The notes under the pieces were generated by a model. It saw only the letters and a program-made list of their open reading frames with translations, did not search any database and was not told the origin of the DNA. A stretch of DNA of 64,000 nucleotides from an uncultured Eubacteriales bacterium (GTDB lineage: Bacteria > Bacillota > Clostridia > TANB77 > UBA1234), in assembly GCA_964400015.1 (NCBI GenBank), contig CAYNRR010000001.1:113275-177274 (forward strand), written 5' to 3'. Shown here one piece after another: positions 55,739 through 64,000 of this stretch. The position numbers were made by a program, and so were the translations under genes. Within the stretch, counting starts at the first letter, position 1; the number at the start of each line of letters is the position of its first letter.

Positions 55739-57172
55739 TTATTCCATATTTATATTCCATGCACCTATCATGTCTGTGCCTTCGGCTAGGACCTCAGACT
55801 TTAGAGAAACTACAGGGCGCACCCCATTCGCGTAGTAGCTGTTGCTGTACACGTAGCCGCTGCTATCCACGCACCACAAGTCGCGAGAGTTATAAGCAGA
55901 GGCTAGCCAGTAGTATGCGTAGTTGCCACTATTAGTAGCAGGTACAGCTAATAAGTCTTGATACTTAGCTGCTGTTACAGATGTACCAGATTTGGTGGTT
56001 GTATTCCCTGTTGGATCGTATACTTTATCCAAATCTTCTTTTGTCATTGCACGTACTTTTAAAGTACCTGCCTTTTTTTCTCCTGTAACAGTAGTTGTAG
56101 CTCCAGAATATTGTGTACTAGTATATGTAACTGTTGTATCTTGTGTATATGTTGCTGTATATTTATTAGTAAAAACTTCTGTTAATGTTTGAAAAGGATT
56201 AAATCCTGTTGTTCTATAGGTATTATCATCTGATGAAGAAAACGCTGTTGTTAAAAAATTTATAGCTAAATTTTTTATACTTGTAGTTGGATAACTATAA
56301 TGACGATAAGTTAAAGGTACACCAGCACTTACCAGGTTCACCGTTCCTGGTGCAGGATTTCCGTCTATATCTACATCTTTACTTAGAACTCTCCATCCTC
56401 TTCTTTTAGCAATGTAACTACTACCACCATTACTTGATACATTATCATAATAAACCGGATAATTTACGTAGTCCCCTATTTCTACTACTTCTGAAAGTTG
56501 TGGCAATGCACCTAAACTTGTTGTCCATACTGCATAAAGCGTTGCTGATGTTTCTGTTCCTATTTGTACTGCAGCAGGAATTATATCTCCTTGTCTGTAG
56601 CTTGGTGTTGTTGCGTTTTTGTCTGTGCTCCAACCTAAAAAGTAGTATCCCTCTCTTGTAGGTGTTTGACTTGTTACTACAAATGGTGCGCCGTGAACTC
56701 TTGTTGTTGCAAGACCTGTAGGCATTGTTGCATCTGTTGCATTTACATCGTATGTTACTGTTTGAGATACTGAGCTGTCATATATTATTGAAGTATTTCC
56801 GTTTGCATCTTTAAGTGCAAGGTATAGAGTATTTGTACCACTTAGGTTTGGAAGTGTCATTTCAATAACCTTGTTTGTTTCATAATCTTCCCAAGCTGTA
56901 ATTTTTTCAGTATTAGAAATTGGGCTTGTGCTTATGTAGTACTTAATCTCGTTATCTGCACACATATTGTCTGCTGCAAAAATTTGCACTTGAACTTTTG
57001 CTCTGTCTACGTAATTTACATTATTTACTTCTGTCGCTCCTATTATTTGAAGTCTGCCCCATGGAGCAACTACATCATTGTCGTAATAAAGGTTTTCTGC
57101 AAAAGCTATACTACTCATTCCAAGTATTAGCCCTGCTCCACAGCATAACTTTTTTAAATATTTTTTATTCAT
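55739..57172 (-). CDS. DGR target protein: secreted, with a Flg_new repeat and a C-terminal DUF1566-like C-type-lectin-fold domain carrying the VR
   Basis: Signal peptide MNKKYLKKLCCGAGLILGMSSIAFA, GYYFLGWSTDKN...LYAVW (Listeria/Bacteroides repeat), and C-terminal ...YYWLASAYNSRDLWCVDSSGYVYSNSYYANGVRPVVSL, in which the diversified codons lie. Confidence 0.8.
   Translation of the reverse strand: MNKKYLKKLCCGAGLILGMSSIAFAENLYYDNDVVAPWGRLQIIGATEVNNVNYVDRAKVQVQIFAADNMCADNEIKYYISTSPISNTEKITAWEDYETNKVIEMTLPNLSGTNTLYLALKDANGNTSIIYDSSVSQTVTYDVNATDATMPTGLATTRVHGAPFVVTSQTPTREGYYFLGWSTDKNATTPSYRQGDIIPAAVQIGTETSATLYAVWTTSLGALPQLSEVVEIGDYVNYPVYYDNVSSNGGSSYIAKRRGWRVLSKDVDIDGNPAPGTVNLVSAGVPLTYRHYSYPTTSIKNLAINFLTTAFSSSDDNTYRTTGFNPFQTLTEVFTNKYTATYTQDTTVTYTSTQYSGATTTVTGEKKAGTLKVRAMTKEDLDKVYDPTGNTTTKSGTSVTAAKYQDLLAVPATNSGNYAYYWLASAYNSRDLWCVDSSGYVYSNSYYANGVRPVVSLKSEVLAEGTDMIGAWNINME
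55810..55908 (-). repeat. DGR variable repeat (VR) inside the 3' end of the target gene
   Basis: See TR. The IMH-like GC-rich end GGGGTGCGCCCTGTAG is on the minus strand. Confidence 0.85.
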
Positions 57173-57192
57173 TAAAATTCTCCTCTCTTTAA

Positions 57193-57741
57193 CTAGTTGT
57201 CGTTATTTGCAATTTCTATTTTTACATCGCTGGCATAAGTAATATCTTCAAGCACATATGTTTTAAACTTGCTACTCTCTAGCCCTGCAAGGTCGGTTAA
57301 AATTCCACCAAAAACATCTTGTACTTCGCCACTTTCATTTAGTGCTTTAATACTCAAGCTTTCTGCTTTTGAATATTCTTCTGATGTATTTTTTACATCT
57401 GCTGTAAAAGTGCATTTGCCACTATCTATCTTGCCGATTTTCATGTTTGAAAACTCAACATTTCCAAGCTTTTGCACGCCAGAAACATTTACATACTCCA
57501 TTACTGTATCGTTGTTATCTAGTCTTCCTTGTATGCTACCCTCATACTCTGGAATGTTTTCATAGTCCTTATCTACAACATCGTCATCTCCGATTTCATC
57601 ACCAGAGCTAGTTTCTATTTTCTGCTCTTTTTTCCTCATCAAATCGTTAGAAGAACTTGAAAGAGTAAAAGCTTTTATAAACAGCAGTATTAACCCCATC
57701 ATTGCAGCCAGCAAACAAATGTAACCAATGTTTTTTTTCAT
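57193..57741 (-). CDS. Membrane-anchored hypothetical protein immediately upstream of, and likely co-transcribed with, the DGR target
   Basis: AAGGAG RBS then MKKNIGYICLLAAMMGLILLFI. The gap to the target gene start is 21 bp. Confidence 0.45.
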   Translation of the reverse strand: MKKNIGYICLLAAMMGLILLFIKAFTLSSSSNDLMRKKEQKIETSSGDEIGDDDVVDKDYENIPEYEGSIQGRLDNNDTVMEYVNVSGVQKLGNVEFSNMKIGKIDSGKCTFTADVKNTSEEYSKAESLSIKALNESGEVQDVFGGILTDLAGLESSKFKTYVLEDITYASDVKIEIANNDN

Positions 57742-58117
57742 TCTTCTCACTCCTTTCATCCAGAATAAATCATCTTGGCTTGATTATAGCTTTTTCGCCA
57801 CACCAATTCAACACGCGTATACGCGCGAAATATAATTATAGGTAGGGTTTGCGAGCTTCAGCAACTTGTTTTTACTTTACGGAAGATAGTTTCACGCAAA
57901 TTATTTGTGTTGCTATTTTACGTTTTATTAAGTTTAACTTACTTTTTTATTACACACCTGTTACAAGAGCAACAAACTGCGTGGCTGAAAGTCCTTTAAA
58001 ATATGGTTTCCGTAAGTGAAGAAGTATAAAAAAATAGAAAATGTACAGGAACTATCCTGCACATTTTCTATTTTTAGTTTTTATTACTTTTTAGGACTAT
58101 TAGTTTGTTTCATATTT

Positions 58118-59317
58118 TTATACACTCTTATCTAATAACCATTCCAACACATTTTGAATTATAATACCTTCTTCGTTATATACTGGAATATGATCCATGG
58201 TTAATATGGTTTTGGTGTAATTATCAGGTATCTTTTGCAATGAATTTAACTCTCGTGCTAATATTCTATTTTCATTATCTCTTAAAGTTTCACAAACTTG
58301 GATATATTGTTTTCCTTTGCTATTTATAGCTACAAAGTCAACTTCTAGGTTATCAACTTTTCCAATAAAAACTTCATAACCTCGTCTTAATAATTCCAAG
58401 TAAACAACGTTTTCCAATATATGACCACTATCGCCTGGCTTTCTTCCCAACATAAAATATCTTAGCCCCAGGTCTGAAACGTAGTATTTTTCACCTGTTT
58501 TCAAATATTGTTTTCCTTTTATATCATACCTTGTTGCTTTATATAAGAAAAATGACTCTATAAAACCTTCAAGATATCTTTCAACAGTTCTAGAGTTTAT
58601 GGTTCTACCGTCACTTGTTAAAGTGTTTGCAATAGTATTTGCAGAAGTCAAATTGCCAATATTGTCTAACGCAAAATTTGCAACACTTTTTAACATTGAT
58701 TCACTAGTTATATTCTTTCTTATCATTACATCTTTTATAATTACATCGTTATATAATCCACCTAAATATTTTCCGATTTCATCTTCTTCTAACTCAGTTG
58801 TGTAAGGGAAACTACCCAATGAAACATAATTGCTATAAATCTTTTCTAAGTTATCGGTATTCATTGTACTGCAATATTCTTTAAAAGATAACGGCAACAT
58901 TTTAATTTCTATATATCTTCCAGATAAAAGTGTAGCAAGCTCAGATGACAACAAATTAGCGTTAGATCCAGTTATATATAAATCAATGTTTTTATTTATA
59001 TATAAACTATCAATTGCTTTTTGGAAGTTTTCGATTTGTTGAACTTCATCTATAAACACATAATTCTTTTTATTTTCTACTAGGTTATCAACTACATAAG
59101 TATATAAATCCATATATGTTTTTATAAAGTTATATCGTAAATCTTCCAAATTTATGCTTATAATCTGCTTTTCATCGATGCCATTTTCGAGTAGATATTT
59201 TCTAAACATCTCTAAAATAGTACTTTTACCACATCTCTTAATTCCCGTAACGACTTTTATTAAATCTTTATCTTTAAATTTCTTTAATTCATTTATGTAT
59301 TCAGTTCTTTCTATCAT
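58118..59317 (-). CDS. AAA-family ATPase (AAA_14 + DUF4143 architecture)
   Basis: Walker A GIKRCGKST, a Walker B-like VFIDEVQ, and a C-terminal DUF4143-like region. Confidence 0.7.
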   Translation of the reverse strand: MIERTEYINELKKFKDKDLIKVVTGIKRCGKSTILEMFRKYLLENGIDEKQIISINLEDLRYNFIKTYMDLYTYVVDNLVENKKNYVFIDEVQQIENFQKAIDSLYINKNIDLYITGSNANLLSSELATLLSGRYIEIKMLPLSFKEYCSTMNTDNLEKIYSNYVSLGSFPYTTELEEDEIGKYLGGLYNDVIIKDVMIRKNITSESMLKSVANFALDNIGNLTSANTIANTLTSDGRTINSRTVERYLEGFIESFFLYKATRYDIKGKQYLKTGEKYYVSDLGLRYFMLGRKPGDSGHILENVVYLELLRRGYEVFIGKVDNLEVDFVAINSKGKQYIQVCETLRDNENRILARELNSLQKIPDNYTKTILTMDHIPVYNEEGIIIQNVLEWLLDKSV

Positions 59318-59342
59318 AATAAATTTATCCTTTTTCTTCTTT

Positions 59343-59597
59343 CTATATTTTATCTATTTCATCACGTAGTTCTTCTTCCGAAAATTTTTCGCCGTTTTCT
59401 AATGAATCAATTCCTTTCTTTAGTTCTTTATATAGTACTTGAGTATTTGTTAAAACTTCAAATAATTCAATACTCATTACAGCTAAGTCACCATAACCAT
59501 TTTTGGTAATATATACAGGATTGTTTGTTTTATGGCAAATCTCTGAAATTTCATTGTATTTATTTCTTAAATCTGAACTTGGTCTAATAAGTGGCAT
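59343..59597 (-). CDS. Phd/YefM-family type II antitoxin-like protein
   Basis: MPLIRPSSDLRNKYNEISEICHKTNNPVYITKNGYGDLAVMSIELFE is a canonical Phd/YefM N-terminal fold. No Doc, YoeB or RelE toxin is adjacent; the next gene is the AAA ATPase. Confidence 0.65.
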   Translation of the reverse strand: MPLIRPSSDLRNKYNEISEICHKTNNPVYITKNGYGDLAVMSIELFEVLTNTQVLYKELKKGIDSLENGEKFSEEELRDEIDKI

Positions 59598-59741
59598 ATT
59601 AACTCCCTCCCTATAAATTCTATCGATATATTATCGTAATATTGATATTTTATCAATATATTTTCAGTGGAGTAATAGAAATCTAGTCAAATTATAAAAA
59701 CAAAATTATATTATCGACAAGAAAGAAAAAATGTGCTAAAA

Positions 59742-59779
59742 TGTAACAAAAGGGTGTGAAAATACATACTTTTGTTACA
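59742..59779 (+). promoter_or_regulatory. Inverted-repeat operator (TGTAACAAAAG-N16-CTTTTGTTACA) upstream of abiEi
   Basis: Perfect 11-bp inverted repeat ending 19 bp before the abiEi ATG. AbiEi antitoxins autoregulate through inverted repeats. Confidence 0.45.
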
Positions 59780-59797
59780 AAAAGCGTGGGGATATAA

Positions 59798-60550
59798 ATG
59801 AAAAGATATGAAAAAGTACTAGCATTAAAAGTTTTTAATGTGAAAGACGTATGTGATTTGACTGGTAATATAAATACAGCCAAAAGTCTAATAAGGAACC
59901 TATTATTATTTGGATACATAAAAAGAGTGAAACACAATTTATATGTTGTATGTAATATAGAATTTAAAAATACAATTCCAGATCAATATATGATAGCCTC
60001 AAAAATAAAAGATGATGCGTATATATCATATCATTCTGCATTAGAATATTATGGAGTTAAGAATCAGCTTTTTTATGAGGTATATGTTTCTACAAAGAAA
60101 AGGTTTACAAATTTTGAATTTGAAGGCATATCATACAAATATGTAGATAGTAAATACGATTTTGGAATAGTAGAAAACAATAAAGTTAGGGTAACAGATA
60201 AAGAAAGAACATTTATAGATTGTATAGATAAAACGGAATTAGCCGGTGGAAATGAAGAACTAATAATGTGTTTAGAGCTATTGGGGAAACTAAATGGAGA
60301 AAAAATACTAAAATATTTAGAATATTATAATTCAAACAAATTGTATTTAAAAGTAGGTTTTTTCTTGGAATTATATAAAGAACATTATGGAATAGAATAC
60401 GACGTAATAGATATCTGCAGAAAAAAAAGTGAAAACAAAAGATTATATTTTAATGAAGAAACAAAAAGAATGAAAGGAAAATATATAGAAGAATGGAATT
60501 TAATTGTTCCAAAAATATTTTTAAATAAAGGAAGAGGTTTGTATTGGTAG
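59798..60550 (+). CDS. abiEi: Type IV TA / abortive infection AbiEi-family antitoxin (transcriptional regulator)
   Basis: N-terminal wHTH (LTGNINTAKSLIRNLLLFGYIKRVKHNLY) plus a C-terminal AbiEi domain. It overlaps the downstream nucleotidyltransferase gene by 7 bp. Confidence 0.7.
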   Translation: MKRYEKVLALKVFNVKDVCDLTGNINTAKSLIRNLLLFGYIKRVKHNLYVVCNIEFKNTIPDQYMIASKIKDDAYISYHSALEYYGVKNQLFYEVYVSTKKRFTNFEFEGISYKYVDSKYDFGIVENNKVRVTDKERTFIDCIDKTELAGGNEELIMCLELLGKLNGEKILKYLEYYNSNKLYLKVGFFLELYKEHYGIEYDVIDICRKKSENKRLYFNEETKRMKGKYIEEWNLIVPKIFLNKGRGLYW

Positions 60551-61503
60551 AAAATTATAGAAATTATATAGAGAATATTTCAAAAGAGACAGGCTTTATT
60601 CAATCAACACTTGAAAAAGTAGAAAGACTGTTGAGAATTTTGGAGTGGATGAACAATGACGAAAAATTAAACAAACTATTAGCATTAAAGGGTGGCACTG
60701 CAATAAATACAGCAATTTTTAATTTTCCAAGATTATCAGTAGACATTGATTTGGATCTAACTAAAAATTTAAAAAGGGATGAACTGATAAAGGAAAGAGA
60801 AAATATACACAACTTATTAGTTAATTATTTGAGTGGTAATAATTATAAAGTCAATGTTGAAAAGTCTAAAAATGTATATGCACTAGATTCAATTGTTGCA
60901 GAATATATTGATATAAAAGGAAACGTTGATAATATTAAAATCGAAATAAATTATATGAATAGAGTACATATTTTAGAAACGAAAAAAATAGATGTTAATA
61001 CTGATATTTTTAGTGACAAACATTTAACAATACATTGCATTCACCCAATAGAAATTTACGCTGCAAAGCTTTGTGCTTTATTAAATAGAACTACTGCAAG
61101 AGATTTATATGATGTTTATACATTAAGCAAATATAATTTGTTTGATAAAGAAGAAAAACAACTGTTAAGACAATGCTTTATGTTAGAGTATATTGCTGTC
61201 AATGATTACAAATTAAAGGATATGAAAATTGATAATATTGAAAAATTAAAAAGACAAGATATAAAAACTATGTTGTTACCAACGTTAAAAGATAGAAATC
61301 CTAAAAATAATAATGTGGATGTAATGAAAAATGCTGTAAGAGAATATTTAAAAGATATTTTAATTATGGATGATAAGGTAAATGAATTTTATGATAAATT
61401 TCAAAAAGGAATTTATGAACCCGAATTATTATTTGATAATAAAGAAATAATAGAAAGAGTAAAAGAACATCCAATGGTAATATGGAAATTAAATAAAAGG
61501 TAA
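60544..61503 (+). CDS. abiEii: AbiEii/AbiGii-family nucleotidyltransferase toxin (DUF1814)
   Basis: LALKGGTAINTAIFNFPRLSVDIDLD (NTase motif GS/G...D.D) and size of about 320 aa. Confidence 0.75.
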   Translation: MVENYRNYIENISKETGFIQSTLEKVERLLRILEWMNNDEKLNKLLALKGGTAINTAIFNFPRLSVDIDLDLTKNLKRDELIKERENIHNLLVNYLSGNNYKVNVEKSKNVYALDSIVAEYIDIKGNVDNIKIEINYMNRVHILETKKIDVNTDIFSDKHLTIHCIHPIEIYAAKLCALLNRTTARDLYDVYTLSKYNLFDKEEKQLLRQCFMLEYIAVNDYKLKDMKIDNIEKLKRQDIKTMLLPTLKDRNPKNNNVDVMKNAVREYLKDILIMDDKVNEFYDKFQKGIYEPELLFDNKEIIERVKEHPMVIWKLNKR

Positions 61504-61879
61504 TAAAAAAGTAAGTTAACCCTAAAAGAGAGTTAGTATAGAAACATAAATAGACACTTTTGTAATTTGTCGCAGTAGTGTCGCAGCTTTACTGCATATA
61601 AAAATAACTAACAGATACTCAAGTACTATATAAAGAACTAAAAAAATGAATTGATTCATTAGATAACGGCGAAAAAGATTGATAATTTGTGTAAACTAAT
61701 AAAATCCTTTCTATGTTAGTTTGTATATAACATAGAAAGGATTTATTTTTTCGTCAGTCCTCGCAAATATTTTTACATACTCAAGATTTTAATTTTCTAG
61801 AGCTTTTAACGTTTTTTGTATCAAAAAGGTGTATTTTCACATTCTTTCAATACATTTTTCGTGTTTTGGCTTATTCATT

Positions 61880-62497
61880 TTATTTTATTATTCTTATCTC
61901 GCCCATTTCTATTTTTGCACATTCAAATCCTTCTTCATTGTCTATTTTTTCTATGTTGGCTTTCATGATTATGTCTGCAATTCTTAGTTGCGTAGGGTTT
62001 ATTTCATTTGCTGCTATGAATGCACTTCTGTTTCCTTTTGCTCCTGCATGTGCAAATCCTCTAAGTTTTCCTAATACTATTACGTTGCCTTCTGCTATTA
62101 TTTCTGCTCCTGAATTTACATCACCTAGTACTATTATGCTTCCCTCAAAGTCTACTCTTCTTCCTGATCTTAGGACTCCTTTTATTACTTTTGTTTGTGT
62201 TATTGTTGTGTCTTTTGTGAATATGTTGTTTATTGTTGCCAGTCCCATTTGCTTTGGTCTTTCTATTTTTACTTCTAAATCTGTTTTTGTTTTTATCATT
62301 GCTTCTATTTCGGTTTCTTCACCATCTAGTAGACGCTTTCCTGTTACTATTATTGGTGGTTTTACTTTTTCAAATAACGTGTCTGATGCTGATAATATTT
62401 TTGTTAGTTTTGATTTTATTTCTGGGTAACTTACATCTTTATTTAGTGTTATTACCAATTTGTTATTTTTATTTTCAAAAAGTACTTCTGTATTCAT
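61880..62497 (-). CDS. minC: Septum site-determining protein MinC
   Basis: C-terminal beta-helix motif IIVLGDVNSGAEIIAEGNVIVLGKLRGFAHAG. Confidence 0.8.
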   Translation of the reverse strand: MNTEVLFENKNNKLVITLNKDVSYPEIKSKLTKILSASDTLFEKVKPPIIVTGKRLLDGEETEIEAMIKTKTDLEVKIERPKQMGLATINNIFTKDTTITQTKVIKGVLRSGRRVDFEGSIIVLGDVNSGAEIIAEGNVIVLGKLRGFAHAGAKGNRSAFIAANEINPTQLRIADIIMKANIEKIDNEEGFECAKIEMGEIRIIK

Positions 62498-62509
62498 TTT
62501 TCTTTCTCC

Positions 62510-64000
62510 TTACCTTATTAAAATATCATCTATCGGCTTCATTTCTAGTGTTTCGTCTATTGTGTTGTTGTATCCAAAGTATTCTTCCATTACTTCTTTT
62601 ACTGCTGGTGCTGTGTATGCACCGTGTCCACCGTGTTCTATCATGCACACTACTGCTATTTCTGGATCGTCATATGGTGCAAATCCTACAAACCATGCAT
62701 GTGCTGAACCTGAACTTGCTGTAGCTGTTCCTGTTTTTCCTGCTACTTCTATTGGAAATGATGCAAATGCACTGTATGCTGTTCCTCCACTTTCTCCTGT
62801 TACTGAACGCATTCCTTTATACACTACATCTAGTGTTTCTTGACTTATATTTAGGTCTGCTGCTGTACTTTCTGTTTTTCCTATTTTTGCATCTACTACT
62901 GAGTCTACAGACATCATTGATACTTCATTTCCTTCTGCTGATATTACATCTTTTAAAATTGTTATTTCGTTTTTTATTCCACCGTTTGCTAGTGTTGCTA
63001 TATAATATGCCATTTGTAATGGCGTGAAACTGTTGTATGATTGTCCTATTGCAGCTGATAATGTGTCTGCAACCATCCATTGTCTTTTCTTTCCGTCTTT
63101 TTCTGTTAATTTATTTATATATTCTTTTGATGCGATTGTTCCTGTGCTTTCTCCAAATAGTTCTATTCCTGTCTTGCTTCCTAGTCCAAACATTTTTACG
63201 TACTTGGCTAATGTGTCTATTCCCATTCTGTATGCTACTTCATAAAAATAATAGTTACATGATACTTTTAATGCTTTTTCTGCGTTTACGTATCCATGTG
63301 TTTGTCTGTAACTGTTCCATAACCAACATGCTGGTTTGTGACCTTTATCGTATTTTCCTTGAGTTAGTATTGTTTCTGTTGAACCTATTACTCCTGATTC
63401 GATTGCTGCTATTGCTGTTATCATTTTGAATGTTGAACCTGGTGAGTATGTTCCTTGTATTGAACGATCATACATTGGCCTATCTTCACTTAAGAAATAT
63501 TTTTCATATTCTGTGTTGCTTATACCGTTTGTGAATTCGTCGGGATTGTAATTTGGATAGCTTGCAAGTGCTAGTACTTCTGATGTTTTTACATCTACTA
63601 CTACTAATGCTCCTGCATTTGCGTCTTCACATTTTTCTGTGAAGCCTCCTGTACGTATTTTTTCAATGTATTTTTCTAGTACTTCTTCTGCTTTTTTTTG
63701 CAAGTCTAAATCTATTGTTAAGACTACACTATCTCCCATTCGGCTTTCTTCTACTTCTTCTTTGCTTGTTACTCGTCCTTCTGAGTCCATCTCTAGTCTT
63801 ACTGTACCGTCTTTTCCTCTCAAGTAGTCTTCTAGTGTTGCTTCTACTCCTGCTTTTCCTACTACATCATTTTGTGTATATCCTTGTGACTTTTTTTCTT
63901 TGTATTCGTCGCTACTAATTTTTCCAACGTATCCGACAATATGTGATGCAACTTCTCCTGCAACGTATTTTCGTATCGGATATGTTGTTATTACTATTCC
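62510..64000 (-). CDS. Penicillin-binding protein 2-type transpeptidase (the N-terminus lies outside the window)
   Basis: ..SHIVGYVGKI.. dimerisation-domain motif, STFK active-site serine motif (GSTFKMITAIAAIESG), and SxN/KTG-type motifs downstream. The frame is open through to position 64000. The ORF track starts it at an internal TTG at 63823. Confidence 0.8.
   Translation of the reverse strand, partial: GIVITTYPIRKYVAGEVASHIVGYVGKISSDEYKEKKSQGYTQNDVVGKAGVEATLEDYLRGKDGTVRLEMDSEGRVTSKEEVEESRMGDSVVLTIDLDLQKKAEEVLEKYIEKIRTGGFTEKCEDANAGALVVVDVKTSEVLALASYPNYNPDEFTNGISNTEYEKYFLSEDRPMYDRSIQGTYSPGSTFKMITAIAAIESGVIGSTETILTQGKYDKGHKPACWLWNSYRQTHGYVNAEKALKVSCNYYFYEVAYRMGIDTLAKYVKMFGLGSKTGIELFGESTGTIASKEYINKLTEKDGKKRQWMVADTLSAAIGQSYNSFTPLQMAYYIATLANGGIKNEITILKDVISAEGNEVSMMSVDSVVDAKIGKTESTAADLNISQETLDVVYKGMRSVTGESGGTAYSAFASFPIEVAGKTGTATASSGSAHAWFVGFAPYDDPEIAVVCMIEHGGHGAYTAPAVKEVMEEYFGYNNTIDETLEMKPIDDILIR

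Noticed and set aside
53570-57172. Whether the DGR is part of a prophage (target as tail fibre)
   Set aside because: No capsid, tail, terminase or integrase genes are nearby. The target has a Sec signal peptide and a DUF1566-like lectin fold typical of cellular DGR targets.
61866-62429. A plus-strand 187-aa ORF antisense to minC, and a 163-aa ORF at 62233..62724
   Set aside because: They overlap the strongly supported minC and PBP2 genes on the opposite strand and have a hydrophobic, low-complexity character with no RBS.

Overview
This is a low-GC Firmicutes window, probably Clostridia: spmA/spmB, an AbrB with a C-terminal Cys cluster, SLH-domain proteins, and GGAGG-type ribosome-binding sites. 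Nearly all genes are on the minus strand. Core genes (dGTPase-like HD protein, ylmH-like, YibE/F, trpS-tatD-metG-acpS, mgtC-murA-rlmH, spmAB, abrB, minC-PBP2) are interleaved with accessory content. (1) Two giant surface-protein genes of 3,691 aa and 6,610 aa are built from 27-aa DUF285 (BspA-type) repeats, BspA-like LRR_5 repeats, Ig-like domains and beta-helix domains. Their first ~290 codons and 5' leaders are near-identical. (2) A complete diversity-generating retroelement (DGR) sits immediately upstream of giant gene 2: target gene with C-terminal VR, Avd, TR and RT. VR and TR differ at 14 positions, all at TR adenines. An extra ORF between VR and avd resembles the MutS mismatch-binding domain I. 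(3) A type III toxin-antitoxin locus (ToxN/AbiQ toxin plus about 2.7 tandem 41-nt ToxI-like RNA repeats) is bracketed by 27-bp perfect direct repeats. (4) An AbiE type IV TA pair has a palindromic operator. (5) A Phd/YefM-like antitoxin is paired with an AAA/DUF4143 ATPase. (6) A GC-rich 26-nt motif, ACATTTAACGGACGTCCCYRGTGT, occurs three times, each at the 3' end of a minus-strand gene. Two copies flank the giant gene 1 cassette as direct repeats and supply the stop codons of trpS and giant gene 1. A Tad/Flp-like pilus cluster with no ATPase in the window and a frameshifted spmB are also present. No rRNA, tRNA or CRISPR array was recognised.
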